From Calditrichota bacterium (GTDB lineage Bacteria; Electryoneota; B3-LCP), in contig JAGVQJ010000153.1 of the NCBI GenBank assembly GCA_020051775.1, positions 4,115 to 68,114 on the forward strand: 64,000 bases of DNA, given 5' to 3'. Below, one piece after another: positions 1-10,400 of this stretch. How positions within the stretch are numbered: the stretch's first letter is position 1; each line of letters opens with the position of its first letter. Both the position numbers and the translations under genes were made by a program. Below the pieces are notes generated by a model. It was not told the origin of the DNA, did not search any database, and saw only the letters and a list, made by a program, of their open reading frames with translations.

Positions 1-55
1 TCCGACTCTTGGAAGCTGCGCAACGCCTTGGGGCTGATCTCATTTGGGTCGAAGC

Positions 56-589
56 TCACGACGGCTCATCCTCATCGGAAATCTCACGTCGCTGAAGACT
101 TTCAAGGAACTCTGCTATCTGGCCCTTGCTACCCTGGCTCCCCCCTGAATTGCGAGGCATCAGTTTATCAAAATGCGCGCCGAATTTAAACGTTGATATG
201 GGTATGGGCGGTACCCACTTTTTAAAGATCTCAACCCTGGTAATCTGCTCGCCGTTTTTATTCTTGAATATGGTGGTTTTCCGGTCTTCTACGAAATAAC
301 CAACCGCCTGCTTAAATAGGGAAATTCTGTTAGCTGCAACCTGATCCTCTTTTTTGGTTTCGAGCGCTTCCTTTAATTCCGGGTGGACTAAAACATCCTC
401 GTAATATATTTCCCCGTCTTTGTTTTTCTTTTCAACCTGCTTGGTTTTAGCCGCCCATTCGTACAGAGTTTGCTCTCGTTTTAGCCCTAAAAGCGCAGCA
501 CATTCCCGGTTGGTTTTACCCTCCAGCTTCCAGGCCAGGATCTTGGTCGGCATATTCTCACGGTAGAGTGGTTTCCTGCCTCGGCCCAC
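56..589 (-). CDS. Phage-associated HTH DNA-binding protein, possibly a small-terminase-like or regulatory protein
   Basis: 177-aa ORF. The N-terminal helix-turn-helix segment (ILAWKLEGKTNRECAALLGLKREQTLYEW) and the charged C-terminus are typical of phage proteins. It is adjacent to the Mom-like and ParB-like genes. Confidence 0.35.
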   Translation of the reverse strand: MGRGRKPLYRENMPTKILAWKLEGKTNRECAALLGLKREQTLYEWAAKTKQVEKKNKDGEIYYEDVLVHPELKEALETKKEDQVAANRISLFKQAVGYFVEDRKTTIFKNKNGEQITRVEIFKKWVPPIPISTFKFGAHFDKLMPRNSGGSQGSKGQIAEFLESLQRREISDEDEPS

Positions 590-590
590 A

Positions 591-1271
591 TCATACTCTC
601 GCTTTAATTAGAGCGCCGGGATCGAATTCGTCCGTCCTCTGCTGATTGGAAACCAGCCGCATCGCATCTATGCTTCCGGCGCGTTTCGGGTACGGCTTGC
701 GTAATGGTTCTATCTGTGCTCGCATAGCATCATCCAATGGATATAAATATCGGTGCTTCCAAGTTGCCTTCGTTTTAACCAACCCTGCGGTCGTTCCCAA
801 GATCGAACCGGCACTGCGTTGGTGCATGATCCGGCCATGATAAATTCGCTTACTCTGTGGATCGGTTCGTCCGGTGTAGATCCAATTACCCGCCTGATAG
901 ATTCCCCCGGCGTGTCCGTGCTCGGGATCCGCAAAAGAAACCACCAAACGTAATCCTGGATTCACCCGCTTGAGCAGCTTCAAGGCGATAACCATGCACT
1001 TACTCGCCGGAGTTTTGTGTTTCGTCATGGCCACCCGGACCAACTCGCAGCCCTGGGTCTGAATTAAACCGTAACGCTCCAGCAGTTTTGGGGAAGCGCC
1101 ACGTCCGAAGATAATCGCACCAATAAACCGATCATCTTCCCATACTCCAATTTTTACCAGCTTGCCACAGGGCATTGCCTTTGAATAGTGCCAGTGCATC
1201 ACGGCGTATCTTGCCGCCTCGAAAGAGCACCAATCGAGTTTGAGCTTCGGATGGTCTGCCACCCCTCGCAA
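591..1271 (-). CDS. Mom-like, GNAT-fold phage DNA-modification family protein (putative)
   Basis: 226 aa, close to the size of Mu Mom (231 aa). The motif pattern HWHYSKAMP...IGAIIFGRGASP...ELVRVA...SFADP.HGHAGGIYQAGNW matches phage acyltransferase-like proteins recalled from memory. The start is separated by one nucleotide from the stop of the downstream gene. Confidence 0.4.
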   Translation of the reverse strand: MRGVADHPKLKLDWCSFEAARYAVMHWHYSKAMPCGKLVKIGVWEDDRFIGAIIFGRGASPKLLERYGLIQTQGCELVRVAMTKHKTPASKCMVIALKLLKRVNPGLRLVVSFADPEHGHAGGIYQAGNWIYTGRTDPQSKRIYHGRIMHQRSAGSILGTTAGLVKTKATWKHRYLYPLDDAMRAQIEPLRKPYPKRAGSIDAMRLVSNQQRTDEFDPGALIKARV

Positions 1272-1417
1272 CTCCCACCCTTCCGCTTGTGCTCCGTCTT
1301 GGGATAGGCTATATTAGCCATCGTCAGCATCCCAAAGCCGGGAGTGGAAGGATCAACCTTTGGCCGTCTGTCAGGACGGTCGGTTGAGGAGTGGCGACTC
1401 CTTGACCCGCTCTCGGT

Positions 1418-1939
1418 TTAGTGTTTCAAATCTACTTCAAATTCGTGCCCACAATTAGGACAAATGACTTCCGTTTTTTTATCTAACTTCCCTTGCTGGT
1501 CTTCAGTACTTGTATTAAAGTCTGGCGATTTCATCAAATCGTTAATTTCATCTTCACTAAATCCCGTCAACTCCAGATCCCCTAAGTCCATCTCCTGAAG
1601 CGCCTCGAATTCCACCTTCAGTAGTTCAAAATCGAAGTCGCTGTTCAGTGTGAGTTTATTGTGCGCCAGCGCGTAGGCTTTGCGCTGGGCGGGCGTGAGG
1701 TGGTTCAGGCGGATAATGGGAACGGTTTTGAGCTTCAGGAGTTGGGCGGCCAGGTAACGGCCATGCCCTTCGATGATCGTTCCCTGCTCGTCAATGGCGA
1801 TAGGATCGTTAAATCCAAACTCCCGGATTGACCCGGCAATCTGAGCGACCTGGGCCTCCGGGTGCAGCTTCGTATTGTTGGGATAGGGCAGTATCTCCGC
1901 CAGGTGGATTGACTCAATTTTTAGATTAGGATGCTTCAC
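1418..1939 (-). CDS. ParB-like nuclease domain protein with a C-terminal CxxC zinc ribbon
   Basis: 173 aa. ParB N-terminal / sulfiredoxin-like motifs are present (IHLAEILPYPNN..., GHGRYLAA) and the C-terminus has CPNCGHEF. This domain type is typical of phages and plasmids. Confidence 0.7.
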   Translation of the reverse strand: MKHPNLKIESIHLAEILPYPNNTKLHPEAQVAQIAGSIREFGFNDPIAIDEQGTIIEGHGRYLAAQLLKLKTVPIIRLNHLTPAQRKAYALAHNKLTLNSDFDFELLKVEFEALQEMDLGDLELTGFSEDEINDLMKSPDFNTSTEDQQGKLDKKTEVICPNCGHEFEVDLKH

Positions 1940-2108
1940 TCAATCTCTCCCGATCTTGATATGCCGCTTCGATCTGCCGTTCCCGTTTTTCCTGTCTGAG
2001 CCTAAAAGCAAAATCCAACAGACGTTGACGGCTGGATTCCGACAGCATTTCCTCCAACCGGTGACCGTCGCGCTCATGTTCGATATGATCTGCCATCAGG
2101 CACTCCAC
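1926..2108 (-). CDS. Small charged, probably coiled-coil hypothetical protein (phage-like)
   Basis: 60-aa ORF overlapping the start of the ParB-like gene by 14 nt. It is rich in Arg and Glu. Only the ORF itself supports it. Confidence 0.25.
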   Translation of the reverse strand: MECLMADHIEHERDGHRLEEMLSESSRQRLLDFAFRLRQEKRERQIEAAYQDRERLSEAS

Positions 2109-2407
2109 TTAAAAAAACAGACAGGCCGCCCAATGGGTGGGAAGTCCACTGGACGGCCTATTGTTACGCATCACTCTTCGCACTCCGGGATTGTGCAAGC
2201 AAACACTACGGCGTTAATATAGCCGAATCATTATGCGTCTGTCAAGATAATTTTCACTTTTGTACTCTCGACTCAGAATGACAGTTATTTGGCACCCTCC
2301 CCTGTGGACGGTTTCTGATTGTAATCAAGACTATCTGGGACATAAATAGAAACGGCCAGGCTTTCAACCTGACCGCTTAACTAATCCTAAGTGATTGTAT
2401 TTTAATG

Positions 2408-2493
2408 TGCCGGGGGCGGGAATCGAACCCGCATGAGCGCTAAGGCCCGGGGGATTTTGAGTCCCCTGCGTCTACCAGTTTCACCACCCCGGC
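2408..2493 (-). tRNA. tRNA-Leu(CAA), type II with a long variable arm
   Basis: Hand-folded from the reverse complement. The acceptor stem is GCCGGGG/CCCCGGC. The D arm (GUG-AAACUGGUAGA-CGC) is typical of tRNA-Leu. The anticodon stem-loop is GGGGA-CUCAAAA-UCCCC, giving anticodon CAA. The variable arm is 17 nt. The T arm is GCGGG-TTCGATT-CCCGC. The discriminator is A and no CCA is encoded. Confidence 0.8.
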
Positions 2494-2664
2494 GACAGAA
2501 TCATTAAAGAGCATAATATAATATGAAAGCCGGGCAATGTCAAGTCAAATCTAAACCACAGCCTATGAAGCTTCGGGGGTCGGTAGCCGAGGGAATATCG
2601 CCGGGAAAACGCAGATCTGGCGGATAAGATCAAGACACTTTTCCACCGAGCCAAAAAGAAATCC

Positions 2665-2693
2665 TTGACAAGGGGGTTAATTTTAACTATATT
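2665..2693 (+). promoter_or_regulatory. Consensus sigma70-type promoter (TTGACA, 17-nt spacer, TATATT) upstream of the SBBP cargo gene
   Basis: TTGACA at 2665-2670, an exact 17-nt spacer, and TATATT at 2688-2693. A GGAGA ribosome-binding site and the ATG follow about 40 nt downstream. Confidence 0.4.
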
Positions 2694-2731
2694 GTTATAC
2701 TGCGTTTCCATGCTGAAGGAGAATCATAAAT

Positions 2732-4780
2732 ATGCCTGTCGTGCGATGGATTGCGTATTACTTTTTCCCTGTCATCCTTTTCGTAAGTTACGGTATAACA
2801 GTCCACGCTCAGGTCTGGCAGCAATGGATGCGAGAATACAACGGCCAGGCCGATCAAATGGACGACGCAACGGCTGTTGTGGCCGGCAACGATGGCTGTA
2901 TTTATGTTACAGGCTGGTATTATGACGCACAAACGCTGCTGGATTGGGCGACCTTCAAGTACAATGCCACCGGCCAGGAACTCTGGATGGCCCGATATCA
3001 AGGTATTTCCTGGGATAAAGCTCTCGCCTTATCGGTTGATGGTTCCGGTTCAGTAGTGGTAACCGGTTATACCTGTCCTGTCTCCTTCAATTCCGATTTC
3101 ACTACGATTAAATACAATGCCAATGGAGTCCAGCAATGGGTGACAACCTACAATGGGACAGGCAATTCCATAGACGAAGCCATTGATAATACGATTGACG
3201 TTCAGGGAAACGTATATATAACCGGTCGCAGCACGGGTTTGGGAACTAACCAGGACGCCGTCACTATTAAATACGATGCCCTTGGCAATCAGCTTTGGAT
3301 TGCGGTTTACGATGGCCCTACTAGTGGTGAAGATGAGACTTATTCCGTCGCGGTGGACGAAAGCGGAAATGTTTATGTGGTTGGACGCAGCCAGGGAGTC
3401 GGGACTGATCTCGATTACCTCACTATCAAATACAACCATGAAGGTGTGGAACAATGGGTTCGGAGATACAATGGGCCGGCAAATGGTTACGACGTTGCTC
3501 GTGCGCTGGATTTAGATCCGAACGGGGAAGTTCTGGTTACCGGCTGGAGTGCCGGGGTTGGTAGCGGCGACGATTTCGCCACGCTGAAATACACGCCTGA
3601 TGGTCAGCTTGCCTGGGAGACTCGATACAACGGTCCGGGAGAAGGGGATGACCAAACTCGCGCTATTGTTGTAGATTCGCAGGGTAACAGTTATGTGACT
3701 GGATACTGTGATAGTGCACCCGGTCCAGATACTAATATGAACTTTGCTACGGCCAAATACAGTCCAACAGGCAATGAATTATGGGTGGCCTACTACAACG
3801 GACCCCACCATGGACCGGATCGCGGTCGCGCGTTGGCGCTGGATGAACAGGGAAACGTTTTTGTATCAGGATCCAGTACCGGCCTCAATTCTGGATTGGA
3901 TTTTACCACGTTAAAATATAGCCCCGACGGCGCTCAGCTATGGGAAATTCGACATAGTGACCCTGAGAATTTAAATGACGAGGTGGAAGCCATTGCATTG
4001 GATTTGAGCGGTCAAGTTTATGTCATCGGGACTACTGCGTATGGCACTGATCAGGCTGATTTCGCCACCTTGAAATATGCGCCCATCCCCCCCTCAGCAA
4101 CCGTCATTGGACTTTCACCCGCAAATCCTCCTATTATCATCCCCGCATCCGGTGGTAGTTTCGATTACACTTCCACCATCAGCAACAGTGCCTCGGCAAC
4201 TTCCAGCGTAACCGCCTGGATTATGGCGCGAACGCCTAACCAACTCTGGTATGGCCCGGTTGCCGGGCCGATTTCTCTGGTGCTACCCGGAGGAACCACG
4301 CTGACGCGAGTGCGCGCCCAAACAATCCCAGCCAACGCCTCGGCGGGAATCTACACTTACGAAGGTCGAATCGGAGGTTATCCCGACAGCTTGATCTCTT
4401 TTGATAGTTTCAATTTCACAAAAGTCGGGATCAATGAATCGAATTCGGGGATAGAGGAATGGCTGACCCCCAATGAACCGTTTCAGATTTCAGAGTCGAG
4501 TCTTTATTTAAAACCAACGGATCTCAACCTGTTGGGGGTAACACCTAATCCGTTTAATTCCTCTGCTACCATAAGCTATCAACTGGCAGCCGAGGGTCGG
4601 GTTAATCTGCAAATTTTCGATATTGGCGGACGGTCGGTGGAAATTGTGGTGAACGAATGGCAACCGGCAGGCAAGCATGTGGCCGTTTGGAATGGATCGA
4701 GCTTTCCATCCGGGATTTATTTATTCTCACTCACGGCCGCAGGGTCTCAAATCACCGGAAAAATGGCGCTGGTGAAGTAA
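2732..4780 (+). CDS. SBBP beta-propeller repeat protein with a T9SS C-terminal sorting domain
   Basis: It has a signal peptide. There are at least eight SBBP-type repeats of the form G..YVTG........D..TIKY...G...W...YNG. A pre-CTD module follows. A Por/T9SS CTD is present (PNPFNSSATISYQL...IFDIGGR...SGIYLFSL...TGKMALVK). Confidence 0.8.
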   Translation: MPVVRWIAYYFFPVILFVSYGITVHAQVWQQWMREYNGQADQMDDATAVVAGNDGCIYVTGWYYDAQTLLDWATFKYNATGQELWMARYQGISWDKALALSVDGSGSVVVTGYTCPVSFNSDFTTIKYNANGVQQWVTTYNGTGNSIDEAIDNTIDVQGNVYITGRSTGLGTNQDAVTIKYDALGNQLWIAVYDGPTSGEDETYSVAVDESGNVYVVGRSQGVGTDLDYLTIKYNHEGVEQWVRRYNGPANGYDVARALDLDPNGEVLVTGWSAGVGSGDDFATLKYTPDGQLAWETRYNGPGEGDDQTRAIVVDSQGNSYVTGYCDSAPGPDTNMNFATAKYSPTGNELWVAYYNGPHHGPDRGRALALDEQGNVFVSGSSTGLNSGLDFTTLKYSPDGAQLWEIRHSDPENLNDEVEAIALDLSGQVYVIGTTAYGTDQADFATLKYAPIPPSATVIGLSPANPPIIIPASGGSFDYTSTISNSASATSSVTAWIMARTPNQLWYGPVAGPISLVLPGGTTLTRVRAQTIPANASAGIYTYEGRIGGYPDSLISFDSFNFTKVGINESNSGIEEWLTPNEPFQISESSLYLKPTDLNLLGVTPNPFNSSATISYQLAAEGRVNLQIFDIGGRSVEIVVNEWQPAGKHVAVWNGSSFPSGIYLFSLTAAGSQITGKMALVK

Positions 4781-4883
4781 CCTCGTTTTCGGAAGGCGGA
4801 AAATGTTTTTCCTTGTTTTTACGAGAAAAAGTAGTTATATTAGTATAGATAAATGATACGCCCGATAGACCCAAGGAGGAATA

Positions 4884-7352
4884 ATGCGTTTGCGAGCTAC
4901 CCTGATCAGTTTTTCCCTGGTTTTGTTCGCTGTGAGCCTGGCTCAAGCGACTGGATATGTCTGGGCCGGACCAGGCGACATGCCCGATGAGCAGAAATTG
5001 TTGCTTTTTCAACAAAGTGAACATCGCGGCCAGTTCATCAACAATGCGCTGGATGAGACGGACGACAGCACCGGTTACGACGTCACTCACCAGAATCTCG
5101 AAATCAAGTTTGATCCTACCAATCATTCCATCGTCGGCAAGGTGGACATGCAGTTCACTGTCATCGCCGGACCCTTGTCTTTTATCTACCTGAACTTACG
5201 CAACAATTTGATCGTAGATAGCGTCAGGGTCAATGGACTACCGGTGACTTTCACATTCATGGCGTTAAATGACCTGAGATTGAATTTGACCCAGCCGCTG
5301 GCGCAAGGAGCCAACGCGACTTCGATTATTTACTACCACGGTTTCCCGGTCTCCGGATCCTGGCCAAATGCTCCTGGCCTGAACTGGAACACGCATTTGG
5401 GCACACATATCATCTGGTCGTTATCCGAACCGGATGGCGCGCGCATGTGGTGGCCCTGTAAAGATGTTCCCTGGGACAAGTTCACCGCTCGCATGGTGTG
5501 GACCGTCCCTAGTAATCTTCTCGCCACATCAAACGGCACTCTGCAGAGTGTAACCGTGCCGCAAACGGGCTGGAAGGCTTACGAATGGGTGGAAAATCAC
5601 CTGATTAATACCTACCTAATCTCGGTCGCCGCTACCAATTACGCCAAGATTCGCAATTGGTACGTCCCCACTCCCGCCGATTCCATGCCGCTGGATCATT
5701 ATGTGTATCCGGAAGACTCGGTTGACGCGGTATCTGACTTCGCGGATATTGGAGACGTGATTGGATTCTTCGCCTCGATGTTCGGAGAATACAGCTTCCT
5801 GGATGAAAAATACGGCCATTCGGCGTTCCCCTGGAGCGGCGGGATGGAACACCAGACCAATACCTCCGTGGGTGCAAGTCTGATCACCGGCACGGGAAGC
5901 TATCACTGGCTTTTCGTTCACGAGCTCGCCCATGAATGGTGGGGCGATATGCTCACCTGCGAGACTTGGTCTGATATCTGGTTAAACGAAGGTTCGGCTA
6001 CTTACTGCGATGCGTTGTGGATGCAACATGCCCAGGGACAAACTGCATTCAACAACCGGATGTCCAGTTTCCGGTCAAGCTACATCAGCAGTGAACCTTC
6101 GGAAGGCCGCTTCCCCATTGCCTATCCCACTAATCCCAATCAGATGTGGGGCGGCACGGTTTACCAGAAAGGGGCCTGGATCGAACACATGTTGCGTTAT
6201 GTCGTTGGCGAACCGAACTTCTTGAATTTCTGGCCGACCTATCGGGATGCCTACTGTCCCGGCAATGTGCCCGGTACCGCCACTACGGCTGAGTTTGAAA
6301 CTATATGGGAACAAGTCTCGGGACAGAACCTGGACTGGTTCTTCAACGAATGGGTTTATGTCGGCACGCATTATCCGGAATACCAGTGGGGATATCAGCT
6401 TGTCCCGCAGACCGGCAGCACTCGCGTGAACTTGTACATACACCAGAACCAGACTCTGGTTAGCGGAACACCCATCTTCGCGATGCCTATCCAGATCAAA
6501 GTGAACCGCACCGGACTACCGCAGGATTCCGTCGTCATCTGGAACAGCCAGCAAAATCAATATCATAGCTTCGTGGTAAACGGAACCGTAACCGGCGCTC
6601 CGTTGTTCGATCCCAATGTCTGGATTCTGAAGAGCACTTCAACTCTAACCTACCCAACGGCCACGGTGACTGTTCTCATGAGCCCGGTGTCTTCACCCAT
6701 CGTGATTCCGGCGAGCGGTGGCAGTTTCTCTTACAATGTCACCGTCACCAACAACACCTCCGGCACTCAATCCACCCAAGGGTGGGTCATGCAACGCCAG
6801 CCGAACGGCGTTTGGCAAGGACCCATGCTGGGACCGGTCAGCTTAGCCATTCCAGGCAACACCTCGATTTCACGGCTGCGCAACCAGAATGTACCCTCCA
6901 CAGCCGCGCCGGGAAATTACCTCTATGAAGGTCGGGTGGGCACATACCCCAATGTGATCGTCGCTACATCGAGTTTCAATTACACCAAAACTACGGTTGG
7001 CGGAGGTACGATCGTGCGCGAGTGGGCTAACAGCGGCGAAAGCTTCGATCCCTGGTTGGATCCTCAGAGTGTCATAGCACCGCTGGAATTTGCCTTACAA
7101 GGCGCCTTCCCCAATCCCTTCAACCCGACCACAACGATCCGCTTTGCGTTGCCGGAAGCGTCCCGAGTGGCGTTGACCGTCTACGACATCAACGGCCGCC
7201 AGGTTTGGGCGATGAACCCAACGTCTGCAAATCTGGGCTCGGGTTCGCATGAGATCACCTTCGACGGATCCAGTTTGGCGTCCGGGGTGTATCTGTACTC
7301 TTTATCCGCCGGTTCACATCACGCCACCGGCAAAATGGTACTGCTTAAGTAA
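4884..7352 (+). CDS. M1-family zinc aminopeptidase, T9SS-secreted
   Basis: A signal peptide is present. The gluzincin motif HELAHEWWG is followed 18 residues later by E in NEGSATY. A GAMEN-like GGMEH motif is present. The C-terminus carries the pre-CTD module and a T9SS CTD (NPFNPTTTIRFALP...VYDINGR...SGVYLYSL...TGKMVLLK). A strong GGAGG ribosome-binding site precedes it. Confidence 0.85.
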   Translation: MRLRATLISFSLVLFAVSLAQATGYVWAGPGDMPDEQKLLLFQQSEHRGQFINNALDETDDSTGYDVTHQNLEIKFDPTNHSIVGKVDMQFTVIAGPLSFIYLNLRNNLIVDSVRVNGLPVTFTFMALNDLRLNLTQPLAQGANATSIIYYHGFPVSGSWPNAPGLNWNTHLGTHIIWSLSEPDGARMWWPCKDVPWDKFTARMVWTVPSNLLATSNGTLQSVTVPQTGWKAYEWVENHLINTYLISVAATNYAKIRNWYVPTPADSMPLDHYVYPEDSVDAVSDFADIGDVIGFFASMFGEYSFLDEKYGHSAFPWSGGMEHQTNTSVGASLITGTGSYHWLFVHELAHEWWGDMLTCETWSDIWLNEGSATYCDALWMQHAQGQTAFNNRMSSFRSSYISSEPSEGRFPIAYPTNPNQMWGGTVYQKGAWIEHMLRYVVGEPNFLNFWPTYRDAYCPGNVPGTATTAEFETIWEQVSGQNLDWFFNEWVYVGTHYPEYQWGYQLVPQTGSTRVNLYIHQNQTLVSGTPIFAMPIQIKVNRTGLPQDSVVIWNSQQNQYHSFVVNGTVTGAPLFDPNVWILKSTSTLTYPTATVTVLMSPVSSPIVIPASGGSFSYNVTVTNNTSGTQSTQGWVMQRQPNGVWQGPMLGPVSLAIPGNTSISRLRNQNVPSTAAPGNYLYEGRVGTYPNVIVATSSFNYTKTTVGGGTIVREWANSGESFDPWLDPQSVIAPLEFALQGAFPNPFNPTTTIRFALPEASRVALTVYDINGRQVWAMNPTSANLGSGSHEITFDGSSLASGVYLYSLSAGSHHATGKMVLLK

Positions 7353-7448
7353 TCACCAACACAAAATAATCACAACCATACGACCGCAGGGACGGCGATG
7401 AAACCCGTCCCTGCGGATCACTTTCAATATGATTGCGGAGGATAGGTC

Positions 7449-10400
7449 ATGCATTCCGTCCGGTACGTCGCTTTAATCGCTCTTCTGGTACTTTTACAGT
7501 CGGTCCTGTTTGCGGCTGATTCGTATATTCAAACTCCAACCGGTGAGATCAAAGGCCGCCTGGTAGTGGAATTGGACGAAAGCTTGGGATCAATTCAGAC
7601 TGATACTCAGTCAGGGGTGGCACAAATCGGTTTTCCAGCACTCGATGCCTTGGCACGCCAATACCGTGTGTACTCCTTCAGTCGCGCTTTCCCAGGAGTC
7701 CCCAAACCGGAAGGGGGAGAATTCCTGGATATGACAAGGTACTATCTGCTGGAATTTCCTGTAGGAGTGAATCTGAATGCCATCGCTCACGATTATTCTG
7801 TGCAACCGGGAATTCTTTCGACTCATTTTGACCGGATGATTGCTCTGGACTATATCCCCAACGATCCTTCCTGGGGGTCGCAGTGGGCTTTGACTACGGT
7901 GCAAGCGCCAGTGGCATTTGATTATTGCCAGGGCAGCACGACTGTAAAAGTCGGCATCGTGGATTCCGGCATTGATACCACTCACAGCGACCTGAAAAAC
8001 AACCTTTGGGTCAATCCCGGAGAGGACTTAAACCACAACGGCATCATCGAATTGATCGAATGGAATGGTATGGATGATGACGGAAATGGCTATCCCGACG
8101 ATTTCTACGGCTGGAACTTCTACGGTAGTAACAATGACGTCCAGGATCTACCCACTTCACAGAATGGCGGGCATGGCACTCACTGTGCAGGTGACGCATC
8201 CGCTGTAACAAATAATGGCGTAGGCATCGCCAGTTTGGGCTATAAAGCCAAAATCATCACGGCGCGAGCTGGTTTGGGACTGACAGTCAGCGTCATCGCC
8301 GCCGCCAACGGCATGAATTACTGTACCATGCAGGGCGCCAAAGCGATCAACCTTTCCTTCGGCAGCAGCTCGACAGATCCTTTCTTGCCCGGCTCTATTT
8401 CCTACGCCTGGAGCCAGGGAGTAGCCGTTTTCGCTTCGGCAGGTAATTCCAACTCTTCTGCCGTGCACTACCCAGCGGCTTACGATTACACTGTGGCGGT
8501 AGCTTCTACGAATGCCAGCGATCAGAAATCCTGGTTCTCGAATTATGGCACCTGGGTGGATCTATGCGCCCCCGGTGATGGCATCCTTAGTACCGTGCCA
8601 CCCAACACCTACGTGGCCTGGGACGGAACTTCATTCTCCACGCCTATCACCGTCGGCTTGGCCGCTCTGGTCTGGGCCGCGAAACCGTCCTGGACCAATC
8701 AGCAGGTCATCACGCACATTCAGAACACCTGCACGAATATAAATGCCCAGAATCCGAGCTACATCGGCATGTTGGGAACGGGGCGCATCAACGCCGGTAA
8801 TGCCATCGGTTCGCTTTACCCCAATTTATCCTATGTCGAACAGCTATTCAACGATAGCTTGGGTGGCAACAACAATCATCGGCCCGATCCCGGTGAAAGC
8901 GTGCAGTTGTGGTTGACCCTTCGCAACACCTCCTCCACTATCCCCGCGACGGGCGTGCAGGTGTCGGTCACCTGTTCCGACACGACCATCACTTTGACGC
9001 AGACCAGCTCCGTTTTTGGCACGATCAATCCCGGTCAAATGGTCAACAATCACGCCAGCCCCATCGCTTTTACGGTGAGTCAGACGGCTCAAGCCCACAA
9101 CGCCACCTTTGTGCTCACTTTGACGGAAACCGGAATGGGGGTCACTCAGGTCACCAACCTGGTGCAACAAATCGGTCAACCGTTGCTGTTGCTGGTGGAC
9201 GATGCCGGAGCCAATTTATTCGGGCCTTACTATACCCAGACGCTGGATAGCCTGGGAATGGGTTACCAATACTGGAGCGTTAATTCGCAGGGCGTCCCGG
9301 ATACAGCTTACGCCAATGACTTCCCCATGATGATCTGGTTTACCGGCATGGTTTCCAGCAGTGTAATTTCGACAACGGAACAGACACTGATTCAGACGTA
9401 CTTGAACAACGGCGGTAAGCTGTTCATCAATGGACAGAACATCGCCCAATCCCTGAATACCGCTTCGCCGACTTTTTTGCACAACACGTTGCATGCTAAT
9501 TTCGGCACAGCCAACACCATGGTTCAGGTATTGAACGGTGTCGCCGGCAATCCCATCGGCAACGGCCTCAATCTGGACTGTTCCCTGGGGGGCAGCGGAT
9601 CGGGATCGAACATCAATCCGGATGGCATCAGCGTGATCGCACCCGCCGGTGAAGCATTCATCTATCAAAGTTCGGCTTATCGCGGAGGCTTAACGTATAC
9701 GGGCACAAGCAACGAAATGCTGGTCTTTTTCTCCTTCGCCTACGAAGCCATCAGCGGCCAAAACAGCACGGCCGATCGCTACCAGGTGATGTCAACCATT
9801 CTGTCATGGTTTGGAGCCGCGCCGCCTCCGCCGCCACCCGCTCTGGACGTGACACTCACACCAGTCAATCCGCCCATTACCATCCCAGCTAATGGCGGCA
9901 GCTTTCAATTCAACGCTGCGGTGCTGCGGACTACAGGCCCGCAAGCCCCCTTCTATGGTTGGGCGCGCATGAAGTATCCCAACGGCACCTACAGCAATCC
10001 CACTCTGGGGCCGGTGCAGATCAATCCGCCAGTGGGCGTGACCATTACTCGTTTGCGCATTCAAAACATCGCCTCCACCCATCCATCTGGGATAACGACC
10101 TACCTCGGTTATGCCAACACTACCTTCACCTACCCGGCTATGGACAGCAGCTTTTTCACCTTTACCAAGCTGGCAATCGCAGACAACGGCCCCTGGGTGA
10201 ATAACAGCACTTGCTCCGGCGAACCGTTCCCGGGCGAAATCATGACTTCAACGCCGGAGGCGTTTTCCTTAGTAAGCATCAATCCAAATCCGTTCAATCC
10301 GGCCACGAGCATCAGATATCAGCTTTCGCCTTCAAGCCGCGTCAGCTTGAAAGTGTATGATATGGCAGGACGATTGGTTGCAGAGCTGGTAAATGGGACG

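Noticed and set aside
1-43. Possible start of a further minus-strand phage gene at the extreme left edge (ATG at 41-43, reading MRSAPRRC...)
   Set aside because: Only 14 codons are visible and no ribosome-binding site is evident, so it cannot be supported.
2109-2407. Integrase gene expected next to the tRNA
   Set aside because: No ORF of adequate size and no recombinase motif lie between the phage-like genes and the tRNA. Any integrase must lie beyond the left edge of the window.
9216-9668. Antisense and alternative-frame ORFs inside the large GC-rich genes (for example 9216-9668, 12636-13136, 18558-19130, 26001-26819, 28807-29562, 40739-41224, 47205-47921 and 61023-61508)
   Set aside because: Each lies entirely within a well-supported CDS on the other strand or in another frame. 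They have low-complexity, Arg/Ala/Gly-rich compositions typical of spurious ORFs in GC-rich DNA.
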